DNA of 64,000 nt, taken from NCBI GenBank assembly GCA_028826165.1, contig JAPDFW010000005.1, positions 36,418 to 100,417 on the forward strand. Direction: 5' to 3'. This DNA is from Anaeramoeba ignava BMAN. Taxonomy: Eukaryota; Protista; Anaeramoebae. The position numbers and the translations under genes are program-made. A model generated the notes under the pieces. That model was not told where the DNA came from. It did no database searches and saw only the letters and a program-made list of their open reading frames with translations. Positions 25,172-36,901 of this stretch are shown piece after piece (position 1 is the stretch's first letter; each line of letters starts with the position of its first letter).

Positions 25172-28100
25172 ATGAATCAAAATATTCCAAGTAGAAATAA
25201 AATTTAATTTTAAATAAAACTTCTATTAAAATTAAAGTATCCTTTTGCACATAAATTTTAATTTCGAAAAAAAAATAAAACAGCATATAGTTATCAACCA
25301 CCAAATATTACAAGACCAATTAATTTAGTACCAATGCAAAGACCTCGTCCAAACGCAGTTGTTGTTCCACAAAATCCACCTATTACTGTGTATATAGGAA
25401 AGATACCGCCAGCTTTAGATGATGATGTTTTACTTGCTATTTGTAGATGTTGTGGTCATGTTGTTAAGTAAAATTAATTTAATTTATAATTTTAATTTAT
25501 AATTTTATTTATAATTTATTTTATAATTTATTTTATAATTTTATTTATAATTTAATTTATAATTTTTATTTATAATTTAATTTATAATTTTATTTATATT
25601 TTTATTTATAATTTAATTTATAATTTAATTTATAATTTATTTTATAATTTAATTTATAATTTTATTTATAATTTTATTTATAATTTTATTTATAATTTTA
25701 TTTATAATTTAATTTATAATTTAATTTATAATTTAATTTATAATTTAATTTATAATTTAATTTATAATTTAATTTATAATTTAATTTATAATTTTATTTA
25801 TAATTTAATTTATAATTTAATTAATAATTTTATTTATAATTTAATTTATAATTTTATTTATAATTTAATTTATAATTTAATTTATAATTTTATTTATAAT
25901 TTAATTTATAATTTAATTTATAATTTTATTTTATAATTTAATTTATAATTTAATTTTATTTATAATTTATAATTTTATTTATAATTTTATTTATAATTTT
26001 ATTTATAATTTTAATTTATAATTTTATTTATAATTTAATTTATAATTTTATTTATAATTTTATTTATAATTTTATTTTATAATTTTAATTTTATAATTTT
26101 ATTTATAATTTTATTTATAATTTTAATTTATAATTTAATTTATAATTTTATTTTATAATTTTATTTATAATTTTTTTATAATTTATAATTTTTATTTATA
26201 ATTTTATTTTATTTTTTTTTATAATTTTTATTTATAATTTAATTTTTATAATTTTATTTTAATTTTATTTATAATTTAATTTATAATTTTATTTATAATT
26301 TTATTTTATTTATATAATTTTATTTATAATTTTATTTATAATTTTTATTTATAATTTTATTTATAATTTTAATTTATAATTTAATTTATAATTTTATTTA
26401 TAATTTAATTTATAATTTTTATTTATAATTTTATTTATAATTTTATTTATAATTTTATTTATAATTTTAATTTATAATTTAATTTATAATTTTAATTTAT
26501 AATTTAATTTATAATTTTATTTATAATTTTTATTTATAATTTTATTTATAATTTTAATTTATAATTTTAATTTATAATTTTTATTTATAATTTTATTTAT
26601 GTATTTTTATTTATAATTTATTTATAATTTAATTTTATAATTTTATTTTTTAATTTTTATTTATAATTTAATTTATAATTTTAATTTATAATTTAATTTA
26701 TAATTTTATTTTATTTAATTTATATTTTATTTATAATTTTTTATTTATAATTTAATTTATAATTTAATTTATAATTTTAATTTATAATTTTATTTATATT
26801 TTAATTTAATTTATAATTTTATTTATAATTTAATTTATAATTTAATTTATAATTTTATTTATAATTTTATTTATAATTTTATTTATAATTTTATTTATAA
26901 TTTAATTTATAATTTTTAATTTTATAATTTTATTTATAATTTTATTTATAATTTAATTTATAATTTAATTTATAATTTAATTTATAATTTAATTTATAAT
27001 TTAATTTATAATTTAATTTATAATTTTATTTATAATTTAAGTTGGAGAAGAGTTGTTGATCCAATAACAGGAAATCATAAGCAATTTGGGTATTGTGATT
27101 TTGGAAATGCTGAGTCTGCTCAAAGAGGATTGAGTTTAATTCCAAAGTGTTTTGTTAATGGAATTAATATGTGTGTTCAAGTTGATAAAAAAAATGAAGA
27201 GTTGATACAATCTTATTCTAATAATAACCAAGGAATTGATAATAAATCCAAAAATGTAAAAGATGAAAGAGCTTATCAACAAATGAATGTTTTAATTCGT
27301 GAATGGTATGATTAATTTTCAATTTAAAAAAAAAAGAAAAGAAATTTGAAATTATTCCATTTCGATTTCAAATTTATTTCAAATTTATTTCAAATTTATT
27401 TCAAATTCATTTCAAATTCAAATTTATTTCAAATTTATTCCAAATTCAAATTTATTTCAAATTTATTTCAAATTTATTTCAAATTTATTTCAAGTTTATT
27501 TCAAGTTTATTTCAAATTTATTTCAAATTTATTTCAAATTTATTTCAAATTTATTCCAAATTTATTCCAAAATTTATTTCAAATTTATTTCAAATTCAAA
27601 TTTATTTCAAATTTATTTCAAATTTATTTCAAATTTATTTCAAATTCAATTCAAATTTATTTCAAATTTATTTCAAATTCAAATTTATTTCAAATTTATT
27701 TTAAATTTATTCAAATTTATTTCAAATTCAAATTTATTTCAAATTTATTTCAAATTCAAATTTATTTTAAATTTATTTCAAATTTATTCCAAATTCAAAT
27801 TTATTTCAATTCCAAAAAAAAAAATATTTATTTAGGGAATCAAAAACAAAATCTGAACAGATTTTAATTAAACAACAAATAGAAAAGAAAAATGAAAAAA
27901 AATCTATTAATTCAAAAGAAAAATCTCGAAGTAATTCAACAAGCATACACGAACATAAAAGTTCACACAGTAGAAGAAGTTATGATAGAAAAGAATATGA
28001 AGAAAAAGAAAAAGAAAAAGAAAAACAAAGAAGAAAATACGAATCAAAATTAAGAAATTGGGAAAAAAGAGAATATGAAAAGGAAAAAAGTTTAGAACAT

Positions 28101-29834
28101 ACAGAACGTTCTAGAAACTGAAAAGGAAAAGGAAATAAGAAGAAGACGTTCTCATCTAGAATCTTTATGTCTTGATTTTAATTGGATGTCAGATTTTTCA
28201 TATTTTTTAAAAAGAGGAATTAAAAAAGATTCTAAATATCATCGTGAAAGAAATTCTAGAAAACGTTTACGTGAAAGTGAACGTTTGGATGATGAAGAAT
28301 TTGAATTTCGTGAAAAAAGAGAATTGCAAAGAAAAAAACAAGAAAAAAAAGACGAAAAAAAATCAAAAGATTCAAAAAATAAAATGCAAGAAAATTTAGA
28401 AATGCAAAATAATTCTGATAAAATGAGACAAAATCAAGATCAAAAACAAAAACTAAATCAATTTAAACCAAGTCAATTTAAACCAAATCAAATGAATCCA
28501 AATCAATTTAGACAAAATCCAAATCCAAATCCAAATCCAAATCAATTTAGACAAAGTCCAAATCCAAATCAAATGAATCCAAATAATCAATTTAACCCAA
28601 ATAATCCAATGAATCCAAATCAATTTAGACAAAATCCAAATCAATTTAATCCAAATCAATTTAAACCAAATCAAATGAAACCAAATCAAATGAATCCAAA
28701 TAATCAATTTAATTCAAATAATCAATTTAATCCAAATAATCAATTTAATCCAAATAATCAAATGAATCAAAACCAATTTAATCCAAATATGGAAATTGTA
28801 AATGAAAATGAAAACCAATTTCCAAATAGAAATTTTATGAATGAAAATCAACCAAACAATCAAATAATAGATATAAATGATTCTAATGAAAGAATGGAAC
28901 TTGAACCAAAAAAAGAATCAAGATTTGATCGAAAAACATTAACAAAACCAATAACAATTAATGTTCAATCACGAGGCAAAAAAATTGCACCATTTTCAAT
29001 TAATTCTAATAATGAAAGTGATGAAGAAGATGATGATGAATATGATATTTATACAAAATCAACTCAACAAAAAAGACCTATAATTAAACTTCCATATTCT
29101 CTTGCAGAAAACCCTAATTTACCTTTCCAATCATTTCCTCCAACAAGACTGGCAACTATGAATAAAAAGGCTATAATGGAAAGTATTCCAACAAGTCTTT
29201 CAGAAATTGCAAAAATGGAAATGTCTTGGGATATTATTGAAAAAGTAGATTTTCAATTTAAAATTAAAATTTAATATTAAAGTTCATTTATAAAATTAAA
29301 ATTCAAATTAAAATTCAAATTAAAATTAAAATTAAAATTAAAATTAAAATTAATATTAAAATTAAAATTAAAATTAAAATTAAAATTAATATTAATATTA
29401 AAATTAAAATTAAAATTAAAATTAAAATTAAAATTAAAATTAAAATTAAAATTAAAATTAAAATTAAAATTAAAATCAAAATTAAAAATTAAAATTAATA
29501 TTAAAATTAAAATTAAAATTAAAATTAAAATTAAAATTAAAATTAAAATTAAAATTAAAATTAAAATTAAAATTAAAATTTAATATTAAAATAGAATGAT
29601 ATTTTAGAAAAGAAAATTAAACCTTGGGTAGTTGGAAAAATAGAAGAACTTTTTGGTGAATCTGTTGATTCAGTTATTAATTTTATAATGGAAAGAATTT
29701 CAGAAAAAATTTCTCCTGAAATTTTAGTTGAAAAATTATCTTTTATTTTACCAGAAGAATCTGAACATTTAGTAAAAGAAATTTGGAGATTAATGATTTG
29801 TGAAATGAAATTAGTTTCATATCAAAATTATTGA
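25172..29834 (+). CDS. RBM25: RBM25/Snu71-like splicing factor (RRM + charged region + PWI); exons approx 25172-25190, 25284-25467, 27042-27305, 27836-29244, 29595-29834; one frameshift near 28110
   Basis: TVYIGKIP...CGHVVNWRRVVDPITGNHKQFGYCDF RRM; AIMESIPTS...SWDII...KIKPWVVGKIEELFGE...LVKEIWRLMICE PWI domain. Confidence 0.9.
25468..27041. repeat. Intron composed of ~12 bp (AATTTATAATTT)n minisatellite
   Basis: 1.57 kb of nearly pure A/T tandem repeat between GTAAAA donor and TAAG acceptor. Confidence 0.85.
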
Positions 29835-29897
29835 AAAAAAAGAAAACGTTTTTTTTTAATTTTTTCTTCATTTTTTCATTTTTTCATTTTTTTCAAA

Positions 29898-30437
29898 ATG
29901 ATAAATTTTATTAAAATTAAACAAAATTATTCTTTTAAATTCAAAATTCTTTTCTTTTTCTTTTCAATTCTATTCATTTTTTTATTATTTTCACATCAAG
30001 AAACAATTACAAAAAAAATCAAAACAAAAATTTTTCAAAATTTATTTCAAATTAAAAATTATTCAAATTTAGAAACTTTTAAGATGAGAAAATTATTGAC
30101 AAAAGAAAACAAATCAAAAACTATAGAATCAAATGAAATGAAAAATAATTCAACAGAAAATAATTCTAATTGTAAACCAATTGGTAAATGTGTTGCTTGT
30201 TCTCAAGATGAAAATGAAGCTTATTGTAAAGAAACTGGTTTTAAAAGAGAATATGTTTGTTCTGAATCAGAAAAGAAAGTCAATAAAATGTTTAGTTGTT
30301 TTCCTGAAGAAAATAATCAAGTTAAATCTGTTTTTATTTTTCTTATTTTTTCAATTTTGGCTTCTGTTATTTTTGCTTATTCAATTAAAAAAAGAAGAAG
30401 AAAAATTAATCAAAATGAAGAAAGACATAATATGTAA
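29898..30437 (+). CDS. JTB-like Cys-rich membrane protein
   Basis: N-terminal hydrophobic segment, CKPIGKCVAC...YCKETGFKREYVC...FSC cysteine pattern, C-terminal TM followed by KKRRRK. Confidence 0.65.
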   Translation: MINFIKIKQNYSFKFKILFFFFSILFIFLLFSHQETITKKIKTKIFQNLFQIKNYSNLETFKMRKLLTKENKSKTIESNEMKNNSTENNSNCKPIGKCVACSQDENEAYCKETGFKREYVCSESEKKVNKMFSCFPEENNQVKSVFIFLIFSILASVIFAYSIKKRRRKINQNEERHNM

Positions 30438-30539
30438 AAGAGAAAAGGAAATCAATCAATCTTTTTTTTTTTTGGAATGAAAAATAAAATCAAAAATCAA
30501 TTCCTTTATAATTTTTAAATTTATTTTTAATTTAATTTT

Positions 30540-31040
30540 AATTTGATTTTGAATTGAATTGAATTGAATTGAATTGAATTGAATTGAATTGAATTAAATT
30601 GAATTGAATTTATTTTTAATTTGAATTGAATTAAATTGATTTGATTTGAATTGATTTGATTTGATTTGAAATAAATTAAATTATTTTTGAATTGAATTGA
30701 TTTAAATTGAAATTGAATTGATTTGAATTTGAATTGAATTGAATTGAATTGAATTTGAATTGAATTAATTTGAATATTGAATTGAATATTGAATTGAATT
30801 GAATTGAATTGAATTGAATTGATTTGATTTGAATTGAATTTGATTTGAATTGATTTGAATTGATTTGAATTGAATTGAATTGAATTGAATTGAATTGAAT
30901 TTAATTGAATATTGAATTGAATATTAAATTGAATTAAATTTATTTTTAATTTGAATTGATTTGAATTGAATTGAATTGAATTGAATTGGATTAAATTATT
31001 TTTGGATTTAATTATTTTTGGATTTAATTATTTTTGAATT
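30540..31040. repeat. (GAATT)n microsatellite between convergent genes
   Basis: Direct observation. Confidence 0.8.
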
Positions 31041-31043
31041 GAA

Positions 31044-34000
31044 TTAAATTATTTTTGTTGATTTGAAATAAATTTTATGACTTTTTGGAATTAATAAAAT
31101 TTGTAATTTTGTTTATTTTTAACAGAACATCTTTTTCCTTCAAATTTGTATTCAATTATAACTTCAAGATTTCTTTTATTTGTTTTACTTGGTTTAATTT
31201 TAAGAAATCCTTCAATTTCTTCATCTACACAAATAATAATTTCATCAGGAATATTAAGAATAGATTGTTTCCAATGAGTTGGAGGAGAATAAGGAGAAGT
31301 TGAAACTACTATTGGTTTTTCTCCATGTGTAAAAGAATAAGAAAAAAAAACAATAAAAGAATGAACATAATCATTTTTTAAAGCTTTAAGAACAAATTTA
31401 TCTCTTGATATAACTTGTTCTAAAAGAATTGTTTCCAGATTAATTTCCTTTTAATTTATTTATTGAATTTAATTATTTTAAATTATTTTTAAATTTAATT
31501 CTTTTTTAATTAATTTATTTTTTAATTGAATTATTTTTAAATTAAATTATTTTTGTTCCACTTTTTTTTAAATTATTTTTGGATCAAATTAAATTATTTT
31601 TAATTTAAATTGAATTATTTTTGAATTAAATTATTTTTTAATTAAATTATTTTTGAATTGAATTAAATTATTTTTGAATTGAATTATTTTTGTTCCACTT
31701 TTTTTTAAATTATTTTTGGATTAAATTATTTTTGAATTAAATTATTTTTGGATTAAATTATTTTTAAATTAAATTATTTTTGTTCCACTTTTTTTTAAAT
31801 TATTTTTAAATTGAATTATTTTTGAATTAAATTATTTTTAAATTAAATTATTTTTGAATTAAATTATTTTTAAATTAAATTATTTTTAAATTAAATTATT
31901 TTTGAATTAAATTATTTTTAAATTAAATTATTTTTAAATTAAATTATTTTTGAATTAAATTATTTTTAAATTAAATTATTTTTAAATTAAATTATTTTTG
32001 AATTGAATTATTTTTTGAATCAAATTAAATTATTTTTAATTTGAATTATTTTTTGAATCAAATTATTTTTTGAATTAAATTATTTTTGAATTAAATTATT
32101 TTTGAATTAAATTATTTTTGAATTAAATTTAATTATTTTTAAATTAAATTATTTTTAAATTAAATTATTTTTGTTCCACTTTTTTTTGAATTATTTTTGT
32201 TGTTTTTGAAGAAAAAAAAAATACTTTTAAAAGATAATCATTTGTAACCAAATTATCTGGAGCAACAAAATCAACAAAAAGTTCGAAATCAGCTAATTCT
32301 TTCATACAAGACATATCATAACCCCAAACATCTTTCCAAACTAAAATTTTTTAAATAAATTAAAAATATTTTTTAATAAATCGATTCTTTTTGAAATTTT
32401 ATTATTTTACATTCAACTTTATGTTTTGAAGTTCTTTCATCTTCAATTGCAGAAATAAAAAGTTGAATTTGATTAGGAAACATTATTCCATCATCTTTTA
32501 ACCATTTATCTCTTGCATATATTAAATTGGGAAGCATATTTTCATAATATAAACAATATCCCATCCATTCACAAATAATAATATCTACTTTTTCAATTCC
32601 ATTTGGTAAATGATCTAATTCTTCAATAGGAGATTTGATTAATTTGATTACTATAATTATATTTATATTTAATTTATATTTAATTTATATTTAATTTATA
32701 AATATTTATATTTAATTTATATTTAATTTATAAATTTATTTAATTTATATTTTATATTTAATTTATATTTGATTTATATTTAATTTATAATTGATTTATA
32801 TTTTATATTTAATTAATATTTAATTTATATTTAATTTATATTTAATTTATATTTAATTTATATTTAATTTATATTTAATTTATATTTAATTTATATTTAA
32901 TTTATATTTAATTTATATTTAATTTATATTTAATTTATATTTAATTTATATTTAATTTATATTTAATTTATATTTTTATATTATTTAATTTATAATTTAA
33001 TTTATATTTTAATTTATATATTTAATTTATATTTAATTTATATTTAATTTATATTTAATTTATATTTAATTAATATTTAATTTATATTTAATTTATATTT
33101 GATTTATATTTGATTTATATTTAATTTATATTTAATTTATATTTAATTTATAATTGATTTATATTTTTATATTTAATTAATATTTGATTTATATTTGATT
33201 TATATTTTTTGATTTATTTATATTTATATTTTATATTTTATTAATATTTAATTTATAATTGATTTATATTTGATTTATATTTGATTTATATTTGATTTAT
33301 ATTTGAGTTTATATTTAATTTATATTTAATTTATATTTAATTTATATTTAATTTATATTTAATTTATATTTTTATTAATATTTAATTAAAATTTGATTTA
33401 TATTTAATTTATATTTAATTTATATTTATATTTAATTTATATTTAATTTATATTTGATTTATAATTAATTTTATATTTAATTTATAATTTATATTTAATT
33501 TATATTTAATTTATATTTGATTTATATTTGATTTATATTTAATTTATATTTAATTTATATTTAATTTATATTTAATTTATATTTAATTTATATTTAATTT
33601 ATAATTATTTTATATTTAATTTATATTTATTTTGATTTATATTTAATTTTATATTTAATTTATATTTAATTTATATTTAATTTATATTTAATTTATATTT
33701 AATTTATATTTAATTTATATTTAATTTATATTTAATTTATATTTAATTTATATTTAATTTATATTTAATTTATATTTAATTTATATTTAATTTATATTTG
33801 ATTAAAAAATGCTTTAAAAATGCTTTAAAAATGAGAATAAGAATAACAAACAATCAGAATATCCATTTTTTTGAATAATTTCTTCAGTTTGAGTTATAAT
33901 TGCTGAAGAATCTACCTTTATTTTTTTTTAATAAATAAATTTAAAATAAAATTAATTTTAATAAAAAATTAAAATTTTTACTCCAATAACTAATTGTGCA

Positions 34001-34301
34001 CCAGCATAAGCAGCAAATAATGAATAAATACCAACTCCACATCCAATATCTAATACTATTTTCCCTTCAAATAAATGTCTATTTTCGAGAATTGCATTTT
34101 GAAAAGCTGTCACTCTAACTGAATCTTTTAATAATTCCTTTTTTAATATAAAATTATTTTTTTTAATTTTATTTTTTAATTAAAATTTTTTATTTTTAGT
34201 TTTATTTTAACTTCATGAATTGCATGATGACTAAATGAATCATAATAATAATCTTTTGTTGTTAATTCTTGATTTTGTTTTTTTAATTTATTTTCTATCA
34301 T
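31044..34301 (-). CDS. PRMT1: Type I protein arginine N-methyltransferase (PRMT1-like), 6 exons
   Basis: DYYYDSFSHHAIHE/ELLKDSVR, VLDIGCGVG, EWMGYCLYYE double-E loop, PTHWKQ THW loop. Confidence 0.92.
32651..33850. repeat. Intronic 11 bp (TTTAATTTATA)n minisatellite
   Basis: Direct observation in PRMT intron 3; a different ~16 bp unit fills intron 31448-32224. Confidence 0.85.
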
Positions 34302-34673
34302 TTTTGAAAAAAGAAAAAGAAAAAAAATGAAAAAAAAAAATTGAAAAAAAAAAATTTATTTTATTTATTTTTTATTTTAAAATGAAAAAAAAAAATGAAA
34401 AAGGAAATATGCAAAAAAAAAGGAAAAAAAAAGGAATTAAGGAAAAAAAAATTTTTTTTCTTTTCAAATGTGGAACTTTTCAAAAATTAAAATCAAAATC
34501 AAAATCAAATTAAATTCAAAATCAAAATCAAAATTAAATTCAAAATCAAAATCAAAATCAAAATTAAAATTAAATTCAAAATCAAAATTAAATTCAAAAT
34601 TAAAATCAATTTAAAATCAAAATCAATTTAAATTCAAAATCAAAATCAAAATCAAAATCAATTTAAATTCAAT

Positions 34674-36798
34674 TTAAAAAATAGAACAACATTTGCATTT
34701 TTTAGAAGAAGAATTATTTTTTGAATTTGAATTATTTTGATTTTCATTTTGAATATTTTCTAATTCAATTTCACCGTTTTGAGGGATATTTTGAGGATTA
34801 TGAAAAAAATTAAATTGATGTAAAGGACTACTATTTATAACATTTGGATTTTCTTTTTGATTTTCAATTTCTCTTTCAAATTCAAAAGAATGTTCTTTTC
34901 TTGGAGTAAGTGGTGTTTGATTTGCACTATTAAATCCATCTCCAATTTTCAATTCAGATAATTTACTAAATTCTCTTGTTAATCGTTGTGAAAATGTTTT
35001 CCCAAAACTTGTTGTCATTCCTCCATTAGCTGGATTTGAATCCATTGTAATTCTATTTAAATTTAAAATTAAAAATCAAAATTAAAATTAAAATTAAAAT
35101 TAAAATTAAAATTCAAAATTAAAATTAAAATTATAATTAAAATAAAAATCAAAATTAAAATTAAAATTAAAATTAAAATTAAAATTAAAATTAAAATTAA
35201 AATTCAAATTAAAATTCAAATTAAAATTAAAATTAAAATTCAAATTCAAATTCAAATTCAAATTCATTTATAAAATTAAAATTTATTTTGTTTACGTTCT
35301 AGGTGATAAAATTCCATTTTCTTCTGATTTTGAGAAATCAAATTGCATAGATTCATTAAAATTATTAACTGAATAAACTTCTTGTAAAAGATTTCTTAAA
35401 TAATTATAATCAGGTTCATCTTCAAATTTTAATTCTTGATTTTTATTTTAAATTTTAAATTTTAAATTTGAATTTTTAATTTTTAATTGAAAAAAAAAAT
35501 TTACTATTAAGATATTCATAAAATTGAAGCATTTGATTAGGAAGACCTTCACATAATTTAGGTGTATTATAAAGAATTTTCATATCCTTAATTTCATCTT
35601 TTTCTTTCATTTGTTTCCAAGGTAAATCACCATGAAGAAATTCAATAAGTAAATAAAAAAGTGACCAAAGATCATCACAACGTCCTAAATCCTTTTAAAA
35701 ATAAAGAAAATAAAAATAAAAATAAAAATAAAAATAAAAATAATAAAAAAGTGGAACAAAAAAATTGAGAACTTTTTTTTTGATTTATCCAAAAATTTTT
35801 TTTTTTACTTTGGATTCATGTGAAGCTATTGAAGCATATCTTGCAGTTCCTCTAAAACCAACATTAGAACGAGGCTAAATTTATTTTTTTTGTTTTTGTT
35901 AATCCAAAAAAATTTTTCTATTTATTTTTGAATTTTATTTTTTTTTACAAGTTTAACTTGAAATTCTGAATCAACATATTTTCTTGCTAATCCAAAATCT
36001 AAAATACAACATAATGAACTAGAATCATCAGTTTTTCTTCGAAGAGCGAAATTTGACTTAAATATTTAATTTAAATTTAATTTAATTTGAAATTTGAAAT
36101 ATTTAGTTTAAATTTAGTTTAAAAATTTAAATATTTAGTTTAAATTTAATTTAGTTTAAAAATTTAAATATTTAGTTGATTTTGAATTTTTACAGGTTTA
36201 ATATCTCTATGTAAAAATCCAATCGAATGAATATCTTCAATAGCACTAACCATTTCAATTCCAAGTTTTAATGTTGTTGAAAATGAAATTTTTGAATTTG
36301 GAGATCGTCTTTTTAATTGTGATAAATTTTGACCCAATAATTCCATAACAAGAAAATTAAAATCTTCAAATCTTCCACAAGAAATATATTTAGGTGCATA
36401 TTTAGAAACTAAAATAAAAAGAAAAAAAAATTAAATTTAAATGGAAAATTTTTAAAAAAAAAGTCGAATTTAATTTCAATTCTTTTTTTATTTAAAATTT
36501 TAATTTAAATTTTATTTTCTAAACGGAAAATTACTTTGTAATTTTTTTAAAACTAAAGCTTCAAGTTTTAAAGTTTCTCGTTTATGATTACATTTTTCAA
36601 CTTTAACTGCTACATTTTCTTTTATTTCAAGATCTTTTGCAATATAAATTTCACCTTTTGAATTTAAATTGAAAAACATTTTTAATTTATTTTTATTTAA
36701 TTTTTATTTTTATTTAATTTTTATTTTTATTTACCAAAAGATCCTTGTCCTATTTTTTTTTGTAAAACCCATCGATTTTTAATTGATTTTCCAATCAT
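34674..36798 (-). CDS. Tau-tubulin kinase-like CK1-group kinase with C-terminal Cys-rich/CaaX tail, 8 exons
   Basis: KKIGQGSFG/EIY...VAVKVE...LKLEALVLKKLQ, MELLGQNL, GFLHRDIKP/SNFAL, DFGLAR, VGFRGTARYAS, DLGRCDDLWS; ends KKCKCCSIF*. Confidence 0.9.
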
Positions 36799-36901
36799 TT
36801 TATTTTTAATAATATAAAAAAGAAAAAAAATGAAAAAAAAATGAAAAAAAATAAATTTTAATTTTCCTTTTTTAATTTTTTCATTTTTTTTCTTTTTAAA
36901 A

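Noticed and set aside
25237-25246. GTATCCTTT U12-type donor consensus inside RBM25 intron 1 (and ATATCCTTT at 57597)
   Set aside because: No TCCTTAAC branch site, and using this donor gives no open frame from the ATG; probably chance
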